From Mustelus asterias (Eukaryota), in the NCBI RefSeq assembly GCF_964213995.1, contig NC_135805.1:140244001-140308000 (forward strand): a DNA stretch of 64,000 nt, read 5' to 3'. The position numbers and the translations under genes are program-made. How positions within the stretch are numbered: position 1 is the stretch's first letter; every line of letters starts with the position of its first letter. Positions 27,382 through 39,004 of the stretch are shown in pieces. The notes beneath the pieces were generated by a model. The model was not told where the DNA came from and did not search any database. It saw only the letters and a list, made by a program, of their open reading frames with translations.

Positions 27382-27651
27382 TCGCGCGGCAGCCCCCCCC
27401 CCCCCCCACCCATTGGACGGGCCTTCCCGCGGCCCATGTGGCACGCGCGACGACCGCCCCTCTGTCTCCACACACTGCGGGAGCTGTGCTGGAGTCTGAG
27501 CCTGCATCCCATTGTGTACCGTGCAAAACACAATAGAAACAAGGCACTGACTTGCGGCAAAGAGATGCAAAGCTCAAATTGAAACGGGAAACTCGACAAA
27601 TGCAGACTGATGGGGTAAGAGCAGTAAAGTGAGGCCACAGAGAGCCGACAG

Positions 27652-27867
27652 GACCATGCTTCTACCAGCTTCTTCCCTGCTGCCATCAGACTTTTGAATG
27701 GACCTACCTTATATTAAGTTGATCTTTCTCTACACCCTCGCTATGACTGTAACACTACATTCTGCACCCTCCTTTCCTTCTCTTTGCATGGTATGCTTTG
27801 TATAGCATGCAAGAAACAATACTTTTCATTGTATACTAATACGTGACAATGATCAATCAAATCAAAA
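27652..27867 (+). mobile_element. Rex1-like 3' UTR fragment
   Basis: Homologous to 23870-24071. Confidence 0.85.
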
Positions 27868-27940
27868 TTAACCTGCTGAGTTTTTCCAGCATTTTGTTTT
27901 ATTCTCTGATTTTCAGCATCTGTGGTATTATTTTTGATTT

Positions 27941-28265
27941 GGGCGGCACGGTAGCACAGTGGTTAGCACTGCTGCTTCACAGCTCCAGGGTCCCGGGTTC
28001 GATTCCTGGCTCGGGTCACTGTCTGTGTGGAGTTTGCACATTCTCCTCGTGTCTGCGTGGGTTTCCTCCGGGTGCTCCGGTTTCCTCCCACAGTCCAAAG
28101 ATGTGCGGGTTAGGTTGATTGGCCAGGTTAAAAATTGTCCCTGAGATGTGTAGTTAGAGGGATTAGCGGGTAAATATGTGGGGGTAGGGCCTGGGTGGGA
28201 TTGTGGTCGGTGCAGACTCGATGGGCCGAATGGCCTCCTTCTGCACTGTAGGGTTTCTATGTTTC
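27941..28265 (+). mobile_element. HE1-type SINE
   Basis: Full head, central domain and CR1-type tail. Confidence 0.9.
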
Positions 28266-28344
28266 AATGCACTGCCTATTTTGTTCCAGTAAGAAGTCTC
28301 ACAACACCAGGTTAAAGTCCAACAGGTTTATTTGGTAGCAAAAG

Positions 28345-28380
28345 CCACTAGCTTTCGGAGTGCTGCCCCTTCGTCAGGTA
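28345..28380 (-). ncRNA. Minimal type I hammerhead ribozyme in the PLE terminal repeat
   Basis: Minus strand reads UAC-CUGACGA-A-GGGG(CAGCA)CUCC-GAAA-GC-UA^GUG. Confidence 0.72.
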
Positions 28381-29137
28381 AGTAGGAGTTCTGTTCACAA
28401 ACAGGGCATATAACGACACAAACTCAATTTACAAAATAATGGTTGGAATGCGAGTCTTTACAGGTAATCAAGTCTTAAAGGTACAGACAATGTGAGTGGA
28501 GAGAGGGTTAAGCACAGGTTAAAGAGATATGTATTGTCTCCAGCCAGGACAGTTAGTGAGATTTTGCAAGCCCAGGCAAGTCGTGGGGGTTACAGATACT
28601 GTGGCATGAACCCAAGATCCCGGTTGAGGCTGTTCTCATGTGCAGAACTTGGCCATCAGTCTCTGCTGAGCAACTCTGCGTTGTCATGTGTCATGAAAGC
28701 CGCATTGGAGAACGCTTACCCGAAGATCAGAGGCCGAATGCCCGTGACCACTGAAGTGCTCCCCAACAGGAAGAGAACAGTCTTGCCTGGTGATTGTCGA
28801 GCGGTGTTCATTCATCTGTTGTCGTAGCATCTGCATGGTCTCCCCAATGTACCATGTTTCAGGACATCCTTTCCTGCAGCGTATCAGCTAGACAATGTTG
28901 GCCGAGTTGCAAGAGTATGTACCATGTACCTGGTGGATGGTGTTCTCACGTGAGATGATCCGGCACGTCTTGCAGAGGTTGCTGTGGCAGGGTTGTGTGG
29001 TGAAGTGGTCACTGTTCTCCTGAAGGCTGGATAGTTTGCTGCGGACAATGGTCTGTTTGAGGTTGTGCGGTTGTTTGAAGGCAAGAAGTGGGGGTGTGGG
29101 GATGGCCTTGGCGAGATGTTCGTCTTCAATGACATCA

Positions 29138-29484
29138 TCATAGAATCATAGAAACCCTACAGTACGGAAGGAGGCCATTCGGCCCATCAAGTCTGCACCA
29201 ACCACAATCCCACCCAGGCCCTACCCCCATATCCCTACATATTTACCCGCTAATCCCTCTAACCTATACATCTCAGGACACTAAGGGGTAATTTTTAGCA
29301 TGGCCAATCAACCTAACCTGCACATCTTTGGACTGTGGGAGGAAACCGGAGCGCCCGGAGGAAACCCACGCAGACACGAGGAGAATGTGCAAACTCCACA
29401 CAGACAGTGACCCAAGCCGGGAATCGAACCCAGGTCCCTGGAGCTGTGAAGCAGCAGTGCTAACCACTGTGCTACCGTGCCACC
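29138..29484 (-). mobile_element. HE1-type SINE nested in the PLE
   Basis: Full-length copy. PLE sequence resumes on both sides. Confidence 0.9.
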
Positions 29485-29508
29485 ATGTTGAAGGCTCCGG
29501 AGAAGATG

Positions 29509-30525
29509 TCATAGAACATAGAAAAAATACAGCACAAACAGGCCCTTCGGCCCACAAATTGTGCCGGTCATGTTCCTACCTACCTAGACTTATTTATAGG
29601 CTTACCTATAACCCTCAATCCTATTAAGTCCCATGTACTCATCCAGAAGTCTCTCAAAAGACCCCATCGAGTTTGCCTCGACCACCACTGACGGCAGCCG
29701 ATTCCACTCACCCACCACCCTCTGAGTGAAAAACTTACCCCTGACATCTCCTCTGTACCTACTCCCCAGCACCTTAAACCTGTGTCCTCTCGTAGCAGCC
29801 ATTTCAGCCCTGGGAAAAAGCCTCCGAGAATCCACCCGATCTATACCTCTCAACATCTTGTACACCTCATTCAGGTCACCTCTCATCCTTCGTCTCTCCA
29901 AGGAGAAAAGACCAAACTCCCTCAGCCTATTCTCATAAGGCATGCCAACCAATCCAGGCAACATCCTTGTAAATCTCCTCTGCACCCTTTCAATCATTTC
30001 CACATCCCTCCTGTAATGAGGCGACCAGAACTGAGCACAGTACTCCAAGTGGGGTCTGACGAGGGTCTTATAAGCTGCATCTTTATCTCCTGACTCCTAA
30101 ACTCAACCCCTCGATTGATGAAGGCTAGCACACCATACACCTTCTTAACCACCTCCTCTACCTGCGAGGCCGATTTAAGAGTCCTATGGACCCGGACCCC
30201 AAGGTCCTTCTGATCCTCTACACTGCTAAGAGTCTTACCCTTGATATTATACTCCTTCATCCCATTTGACCTGCCAAAATGGACCACTACACATTTATCC
30301 GGGTTGAAGTCCATCTGCCACTTCTCCGCCCAGTCTTGCATCCTATCTATGTCACGCTGCAGCTTCAGACATCTTTCCAACCTATCCACAACACCACCAA
30401 CCTTCGTGTCGTCGGCAAACTTACCAACCCATCCCTCCACTTCCTCATCCAGGTCATTTATGAAAATGACAAACAGCAAGGGTCCCAGAACAGATCCCTG
30501 GAGCACACCATTCAGAAAAAGACCC
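29509..30525 (-). mobile_element. Young 5'-truncated CR1 LINE nested in the PLE
   Basis: ORFs GVLQGSVLGPLLFVIFINDLD..KFADDTK and EYCAQFWSPH..TRGHRFK..WNRLP, with one frameshift. Confidence 0.93.
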
Positions 30526-31199
30526 ATCATGCCGTAGCTTCTCCGCTCCGGGGACGTACTGGACGATGAAGGGTACTCTTGTCCACCGTGTCCCATGTTT
30601 GTCTTCTGAGGAGGTTGGTGCGGTTTTTCGCTGTGGCGCGTCGGAACTGTCGATTGATGAGTCGAGCGCCATGTCCTGTTCTTATGAGGGCATCTATCAG
30701 CGTCTGGAGGTGTCTGTTGCGATCCTCCTCATCTGAGCAGATCCTGTATACGTAGTGCTTGTCCGTAGGGGATGGCTTCTTTAACGTGTTTAGGGTGGAA
30801 GCTGGAGAAGTGGAGCATCGTGAGGTTATCCGTGGGCTTGCGGTACAGTGAGGTGCTGATTTTGTTCCAGGCATACCTACACCTACCTTGAAGTTTTGCT
30901 CTTCTCTCCAATAGGACTTATGTTTGTTTCTTTCACAAGGTTTGCCTTCTTGCTTTCCAAATCCCTCCTGGAGTTTGATAAGGTCTTTAGCAAAGCTCAC
31001 TTTCACAGCCATATTTTCCATCTCCGACTCAGCCCACGTGGATTCCAACTTAAGTTTCATCCTTCAGGCTAAAAATCCACTCAGGGTTACAGATGTCCTC
31101 AGGATGTACAACATTTTTTGGACTGCTGTTCTCACCTCATCTTGAGGTCCACACTCACCATATGTTCACATAAAGACCTCTCGCTCCAGCAGCATTGAC

Positions 31200-32145
31200 T
31201 CACCCTATCTCAAAGCTGTCCTTGTCCCCAATTCCATTTCGTTGTTTGCCTCATCTGATGCCTTAATAAAAAAAGTATTCCATAGGAACTGTTCCTTCTA
31301 TGACACCCTGGTCCACTCCTCTATCACACCATGTTCCACTCCTCCATCAACCCTAACACTTCATCTCCTTCCCATGCAATCGCACAAGTGTAACACCTGC
31401 CCCTTTACCTCCTCCCTCCGCACCGTCCGAAGCCTCAAACACTCCTTTCAGATGAAGCAACAAATTCACTAGTACTTCTTTCAATTTAGTCTACTGTACT
31501 TGCTGCTCACAATGTGGTCTCCTCTACACTGGGGAGACAAAAGATAGACAATGCAACTGCTTTGTAAAACACTGTCGCTCAGTCCACAACCATGGAGCGT
31601 GTTGCCTGCCATTTCAATTCATCATCTTGCCCTCATTTCTGTCCTTGGCTTGCTACAAATTCCAGCGAAGCACCTCATCTTTCAATTAGGCACTTTGCAG
31701 CCTTATGGACTTCACATTGAGTTCAGTTACTTCAGATCATGAACTCTATCCTCCATTTTGATCTACAATTTTTTCTCCAACCGCCTCCCTCCCCCCCCCG
31801 CCCACAGGGCCATTTTGTAACTTGTTATGTTTTGCTTTCAGAGTGCTGACCCTTGTTTTGCTATACACACATTCTGCCATTTGACCTTTTTGCCACAATT
31901 AGTCCCTTCCTCAATCTTGTACATTCCCTTTGTCTTGTGTCCATTGCCTCTTTGTCAAATCTCTTCTGAGCTTCCACTTAACCCTGATCTATTTTGTTTC
32001 ACCCCCTCTCATTAACAGTATAAAATCCAACATATTTCTACCTCTCTTCAGGTCTGAAGAAGAATCATACAAATAATTCTGTTTCTCTCTCCACAAATAT
32101 TGTTAGACCTGCTGAGATTTTCCAGCACTTTCTGTTCTTATTCAA
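31200..32145 (+). mobile_element. Old Penelope-like element 3' part (second family)
   Basis: GIY-YIG-like remnant CNTCPFT...CTSFNLVYCTCCSQCGLLYTGET. Residual CTGAAGA core at 32054-32060. Terminal ctgtttctctctccaca..gacctgctgag..ttccagca block recurs at about 8020-8160, 27870, 35280, 41250 and 52310. Confidence 0.72.
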
Positions 32146-33569
32146 TGTAAGATGCTTTGGGACATACTGAAGTCATGAATATTTTCAATATTTTCTTATT
32201 TAGTTTGCAACCTTGACCATTATTATGGTCAGGTGCTCAAACAATAGTCTACAACATGAATTTGCTGCATTCGTGCCACAAAATATGGAACTTGAGGGCA
32301 ATGAATTCTGAAGCAACTGTAAAAGAGATCCAGTCGTTGAATTTGTTACAAAATATTCCATTATTATCTTTAAAATTAATCGAAAGAAACATCTTATTTA
32401 ACTGAAAGAGAAATAAAATTTGTACAATACAGGTCCGAATGTGAGTTGATCTGGGCAGGGCTAGAAAAAAACATGCACTCTCTCAAATACCTTAACAACT
32501 TGCACCTTCAAAGATTTCTGAATTGTGCATCAGCAGGTGTCTCTGCTCTTGCAGCTCACTCAAGATTTGGATTGTACTGCCCCTCTATGTTGCTTCTCCC
32601 AAAGAGATCACTTCACACATCTACATTCAGCTGTACCTGCCATGGGTCTGCTCATTTCAATAGTCTGCTAAGGTCCCCCTGAACTAGGCTCTGATCCTGC
32701 TAACTCTTTCTAATGTTACCAAGTTATGCATCTTCCACAAACTCTGAACTTAAATATATCCTATAGCCAAATCCAGGTCACTGATGTACAAGAAACGCAA
32801 TGATCCAAAGAACAATCTCTGGAGACCACTGCATACTCCTCTCCTGTCAGAAAAGTATCTGTTTACCTCTCTGCTTTCTATCCTTTGGCCAATTATGTAC
32901 CCAAGTTAACACTGTCCCTTTAATCATGTGTTCTATTTTCCAGATAAATCTATTATTCAATTTTATCAAATTCCTTTGATAGTTCACATATAAAACAATT
33001 CCTGCACCACTTTCATCCATCAATTAAAAATAAATGACCTCCCTACCAATAAGGCTGTCATTCTGGGATAGACTGCATAATTCGCATGTTACTGGAGTGA
33101 GCCGTGTGTGGTTTGTTCTCTGGGGAAAGTCGTGAGAGGCACAATGACTTAAGGCATTTCTGTTGAAGCCCATCAACGTGATGTCCCTGCTCCTTTCTTA
33201 GAGGGACCTCGACGCCAATCTCCCAGAATGGAGGTATAAACATTGAAGGAGGCCACAAAAGGTCAACAAAACAACTGAACCTAGTTTGGCAGAAGGTGGG
33301 GAGAGAGAACTTTTCTTGGTTCGTACTGACTATGGATGCCAGGCTTCAACTGAAATTTTCAATACTAAAATCAATAGATTTTTATATGGTGAGGGTATCA
33401 AGAACTATGGAACAATGGCAAATACATGGAATACATACAGTCTAATGTCATGTTCATGCTATATGAACTTATGGAATATAAATTTATAATGGAGTTGAGG
33501 TCAGGTGATATTTTAATACTGTCCAGAAATACAAAAGACTCCTGGGCTAATCTTCATGTCTGGACAAGT

Positions 33570-33872
33570 GAGCAGCATGGTGGCACAGTGGTTAGCACTG
33601 CTGCCTCACCACGCCAGGCACTCGGGTTCGATTCCAGCCTCAGGTGGCTGTGTGGAGTTTGCATGTTCTCTCCGTGTCTGCGTGGGTTTCCTCTGGGTGC
33701 TCCGATTTTCTCCCACATTCCAACGATGTGCAGATTAGGTAGATTGACCATACTAAATTGACCATTAGTGTCAAGGGGATTAGCAGGGTTACAGGGTAGG
33801 GTCTGTGTGGGAATGTTGTCGGTGCAGGCTCGATGAGCTAAATGGCCTCCTGCACTGTAGGGATTCTATGAT
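33570..33872 (+). mobile_element. HE1-type SINE
   Basis: Head, central domain and CR1-type tail. Confidence 0.85.
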
Positions 33873-34425
33873 GATGATGGTATGAGATGATTCCAAGAAG
33901 TCATTAAAATACAAACAAATTTGTGAGTTGCATCTTTGACAAGTGGCCCTTCTCCAAATAATTAAAGAAACTGTTTTCATAATACTGCTTGCAGACTTTG
34001 GGCATGAATTCAGACTGAAATAATCCTATTCTATGATGATGATAAACAAATGCGTGAAACTTGGACACAACTGTCAGACAATGGCTTAGTCATCACAAAC
34101 TATTTGTGAAGGCAATGAACAAAAACACGGATCAATGGCAGAAACTAGGTTTTTGGTAGAAAGGTTCATAAGGCACATTTTTGGAGCAGCAAAGGAAATT
34201 GATCGAGACTACTGAAGGAGCATGGCTTTGACTAAGCAGCAAAGAGAGAGGCAGAGAAATTGGGTTGGCCTCTGTCTCTCTATTTGAGGAACTGAACCAG
34301 GGTCTCACTATAGGGCTTTGATTGTGTCTCGATCAGAGTGGAACAAGAGAAGTCTGCTTCCACAAGCAATAGTCCACAGTGAATTAATCTTCCTAAACCT
34401 CCAGACTCTATTCAGTGGACCAAGT

Positions 34426-34723
34426 GGGGCAGCATGGTGGCACAGTGGTTAGCACTGCTGCCTCAGGGACCTGGGTTCAATTCCCGACTTGGGTCACTGT
34501 CTGTGTGGAGACTGCACATTCTCCCCATGTCTGCATGGGTTTCCTCCGGGTGCTCCAGTTTCCTTCCCAGTCCAAAAGACGTGCTGGTTAGGTGCATTGG
34601 CCATGTTAAATTCTCCCACAGTGTACCCGAATAGGTGCCTGAGTGTGGCGACTAGGGTATTTTCACAGTAACTTCATTGCAGTGTTAATGTAAGCCTACT
34701 TGTGATACTAATAAATAAACTTT
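34426..34723 (+). mobile_element. Type-2 SINE
   Basis: HE1-like head plus type-2 tail. Confidence 0.87.
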
Positions 34724-36029
34724 TAAAAAAAAGGAATTGCAAGCCTACAATGTTCCAAGACTTCATCTTGGGGCGAGGGGAGGGGGGATATATATCGTCA
34801 TTCCATCAATGTCGCTGGGTCAGAGTTCTGGAACTCCCTCCCTAACAGCACTGTGGGTGTCCCTACACCTCAGGGACTGCAGCAGTTCAAGAAGGAAGCT
34901 CACCATCACTTTCTCAAGGGCAATTAGGGATGGGCAATAAATGCTGGCCGAGCCAGCAAAGCTCCTTGAATGAATTTTTAAAAATTAGGCGGTGTGGACC
35001 AAGATATCAAATGATGCTAAGACTGAAATTTCTAATAAAAACTAATTATTTAAGAATCTAAAGTTAAATACTAACTATATTGAGCTATAGAGATGATGCA
35101 TACAAAAATAAACCTATGTAAGCAATGAAGTTATAAACAGGGTGTAGAATATATTAAGGTCTGGCAGTATCTGAGGCTATGACTCATCTTTCATTCCCTC
35201 ACCTTACAGTATAAATATCTCCCACTTTCTATGTCTTTTAGCTTTGGCAAAGGGTCATTTGGACTTGAAACGTCAGCTCTTTTCTCTCCTTATAGATGCT
35301 GCCTGACCTGCTGAGATTTTCCAGCATTTTCTCTTTTGGTTTCAGATTTCAGCATCCACAGTAATTTGCTTTTAATATATTAAAGGTGCTATATGAATGC
35401 AAGCTTTCATGGTAGAGGAAAGAGCTGCTACTGTGCATTTTTATACTTCACAGGAACAGGCTATACCAAGCCTTTGCCACATGAAACAAGTTTTTGTTAG
35501 AAACACTGCCACAGGGCACCATCATTCGCCAATGCTCCCAGAGGCTGGATCAACTGAAGATTGGAGTTAGTAACCCAAAAGCTTTGTTGTCTGAAGTTAT
35601 AGAACTTTGCCACAAAGCAGGTACTTTGGCTGAGCTCGGAGCTGAAATCTTCATCCATCAAGGCTACTGTTACCTCGACGTAATCTGTGATTTGTAATGC
35701 AAATAGTAAAGCGCGAGACACTGGCACACAGTTAGGAAAAAACTCCTGATGGGCAAATCAGGAAAACAATGAAGTGTATGCAAAGGTTGTCCTAAATTTT
35801 CCATTGTGGCCCACATGCTTTGAATAACTGATATAAATAGCGCAGTGTTAAGTACCGTACCAAAATCCGAGCATTGCACCCAAACCTGCCCCACCTATGG
35901 CAGTGTGCACGGATCCAGCGTGGTATTTATAGTCACCCCAGGACCCAAAACCCTGGAGTGGAAGAAAATCATTCTCAATCCCAAGGAACTGCCTAAGAAG
36001 AGATAATATCTTACATGACTCAGTGTCAA

Positions 36030-36740
36030 CTGTCAACTGGTGTGATGACACTAATCTCTCCCTCAATGTCAACAAAACGAAGGAGATTGTCATCGACTTC
36101 AGGAAGTGTTGTGGAGAACATGCCCCCGTCTACATCAACAGGGGCAAAGTAGAAATGGTCAAAAACTTCAAGATTTTAAAGGTGTCCAGATCACCAACAA
36201 CCTGTCCTGGTTCCTCCATGCCGACACTATAGTTAAGAAAGCCCACCAACACCTCTACTTCCTCAGAGGACTAAGGAAATTTGGCATGTCAGTTATGACT
36301 CTCCAACTTTTACAGATGCACCATAGAAAGCATTCTTTCAGGTTGTATCACAGCTTGGTATGGCTCCTGTTCGGCCCAAGACTGCAAGAAACTACAAAAG
36401 GTCATGAATGTAGCCCAATCCATCACGCAAACCAGCCTTCAATCCATTGACACTGTCTACATTTGCTGTTGCCCCCACATACCTCGGAAAAAGATACAAA
36501 AGTCTGAGGTCACGTACCAACCGACTCAAGAACAGCTTCTTCCCTGCTGCTCAGACTTTTGAATGGACCTACCTCGCATTAAGCTGATCTTTCTCTATAC
36601 CCTAGCTATGACTGTAACACTACATTCTGCACTCTCTCCTTTCCTTCTCTATGAATGGTATGCTTCGTTTGTATAGTGCACAAGAAACAATACTTTTCAC
36701 TGAATCCCAATACATGTGACAATAATAAATCAAATCAAAT
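36030..36740 (+). mobile_element. Rex1-like LINE 3' fragment
   Basis: NLSLNVNKTKEIVIDFRK, HADTIVKKAHQHLYFLRGLRKFG, AATAAATCAAATCAAA tail. Confidence 0.88.
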
Positions 36741-37397
36741 TGTTGTCAGGTAACGCTTCTGTGAAGCAATCCTGGGGCTGTTTTCTACAGTAAAGGCGTA
36801 TATATTGCAGGTTTTGGATTTGAAACAAATAATCTTGGATATGAGAAGTTACGGACACTGAATTTCAATATTTTCACAAATCACAATACTATGAAAAGAT
36901 ACTTTGAACAACTAAAATTCATAATATTGCTTTTATTCTCAATGGATTATTCTTTTATTTTGTATATTCTGGGTAAGACTACTTACTGCTGGCTTGTGCA
37001 GTGTAGTTATTTAAATTTACTAAAAGATCACATCGTCACACTTCAACAAGGATCAGCACTCATAAGAACATGCTCCAATGACAACTTGAAGTTACCTTTA
37101 ATGTGCCAAAGTGTTTCACAGGAGCATTTTCAGACAAAAATTGGCACTGAGCTAAAGGAGCACAAATCAGGACAGATTGTAAGTTTTAAGGAGCAATATC
37201 TGGAGAGGTGCAAAGTAGTTTAGTGAATGCCAGTGAGTAGGGTCCAGCCAGTTAAAGGCACATTTGTCAGTGACGGAGTGAAGGGAGTGGGATATATACA
37301 TGATCAGGGAGTTCAAAGAATGCAAAGACCTTAGAGGGTTGTTGGCTACAGGGATAAAAAGGGGATTCGCTGCAGAGAGATATAGTTTTTTAAAAAA

Positions 37398-37691
37398 GTT
37401 TATTTATTAGTCACAAGTAGGCTTACATTCACACTACAATGAAGTTACTGTGAAAATCCCCTAGTTGTCACACTCCGAGGCCTGTTTGGGTACACTGAGG
37501 GAGAATTTAGCATGGCCAATGCACCTAACCAGCACGTCTTTTGGACTGTGGGAGGAAACCGGACCACCTGGAGGAAACCCACGCAGACACGGGGAGAACA
37601 TGCAAATTCCGCACAAATAGTGACCCAAGCCGTGAATCGAACCCGGGTCCCTGGCGCTGTGAGGCAGCAGTGCTAACTGCTGTGCCACCCC
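37398..37691 (-). mobile_element. Type-2 SINE
   Basis: Reverse complement homologous to 34426-34723. Confidence 0.87.
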
Positions 37692-37837
37692 CTTAAACTT
37701 AAGGATGCAAACTTCAAATATCAAGGTGTCGCTGTGAGACCTTATACCTCGGTGAAATGGGGAATGCATGAAGTTTCTCATTTGCCTAGATCTTCTGCAA
37801 GAAGGGATACCAATGTTCTTGAATTAACTGAAAGATA

Positions 37838-38162
37838 TGGCACGGTAGCACAGTGGTTAGCACTGCTGCTTCACAGCTCCAGGGACCTGGGTTCGATTCC
37901 CAGCTTGGGTCACTGTCTGTGTGGAGTTTGCACATTCTCTTCGTGTCTGCGTGGGTTTCCTCCCACAGTCCAAAGATGTGCAGGTTAGGTTGATTGGCTA
38001 TGCTAAAATTGCCCTTTAGTGTCCTGAGATGCGTAGCTAAGGGGGATTAGCGGGTAAATGTGTAGGGATATGGGGGTAGGGCCTGGGTGGGATTGTGGTC
38101 GATGCAAACTCGATGGGCCAGATGGCCTCTTTCTGCACTGTAGGGTTTCTATGATTCTATGA
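37838..38162 (+). mobile_element. HE1-type SINE
   Basis: Head, central domain with a small deletion, CR1-type tail. Confidence 0.88.
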
Positions 38163-39004
38163 TACAGATTGAAAAGTACTTAAGTAAAACAAAGACCAAA
38201 ATAATTTGGAAAAAAGGTAATTTAAGGGAATGAGAATGAAACTCAGGAAAGAATTACTGACAGAATTGCAGAGGGTAGTATTTCAAATGGTGATCAACAG
38301 AATCGAGGAGAAATAAGCTAGCCAGGAATGTCACTGCATAAATGCATAAAGAAATAATGATAACATTGAAACTGAAGAGAAAGGCATTTACTAAGTACAT
38401 AGATAATTGGGAATTTTGGAAGGTTTCTGAGGCAGACATAAATACAAGATCGTCACAGGAGAACATTCTTTACATAGAGTAGTGAGAATGTGGAACTCAC
38501 TACAACAAGTAGTTGAGAAAACTAGCATTTAAGATGCATTTAAAGGAGAAGCTAAATAAAGCCATAGAAGGTTAGCTGACGAGGTGACAGCATGTCAGGT
38601 GGTTGGAGGCTTAGATGGAAAATAAATAGTGGCAATGATCTGCCTCTGTGCTGTAAATACTTTTAACTACGACAAAGAATTGATCATCCAATCTATCGAG
38701 GAATACATAAAATACCAAATCCACTATGAATCATATTAAATAAGAATGAATAAAAATAATTAATGGTGTAATAAGCCACAACAAGCTCCTGTTTATGTTC
38801 TTAATAAAGGAAACATGGTGAGGTCTATTCTGCGATTTTGAAGGTTAAAAGCATTATGCTTGCAGACTATAATTAAAGCCAATATGATATATTCCCAGAA
38901 CAGCTTAAGCGCATACCGTGCAATAAACAAGTTCAATGGCAAACCTTGAGCAGTGTATGACAGGTACGGACAAAATGCATCACTACAATACCATTCACTC
39001 CCCA

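Larger units (their letters stand above)
26860..27510 (-). promoter_or_regulatory. CpG island / proximal ERO1B promoter and 5'UTR
   Basis: Sharp local rise in GC and CpG against a CpG-poor background. GC-box-like runs, and CCAAT on the minus strand (attgg near 27300 and 27412). Confidence 0.8.
28290..30858 (-). mobile_element. Penelope-like element (RT C-terminus + GIY-YIG endonuclease), interrupted by a SINE and a CR1
   Basis: Remnants STSLYRKPTDNLTMLHFSSFHPKHVKEAIPYGQALR and GIY-YIG-like ..CRKGCPETWYIGET..R..EHRS. 12-bp TSD ATTTTGTTCCAG at 28278-28289 and 30859-30870. Confidence 0.88.

Noticed and set aside
26884-27686. Several long overlapping ORFs (up to 232 aa) at the CpG island
   Set aside because: Low-complexity Pro/Arg/Ala translations expected from stop-poor GC-rich DNA. 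Only the 28-codon ERO1B exon has splice and homology support.
27941-28020. tRNA genes at SINE heads
   Set aside because: A/B boxes are present but are followed by SINE body and tail in every copy.
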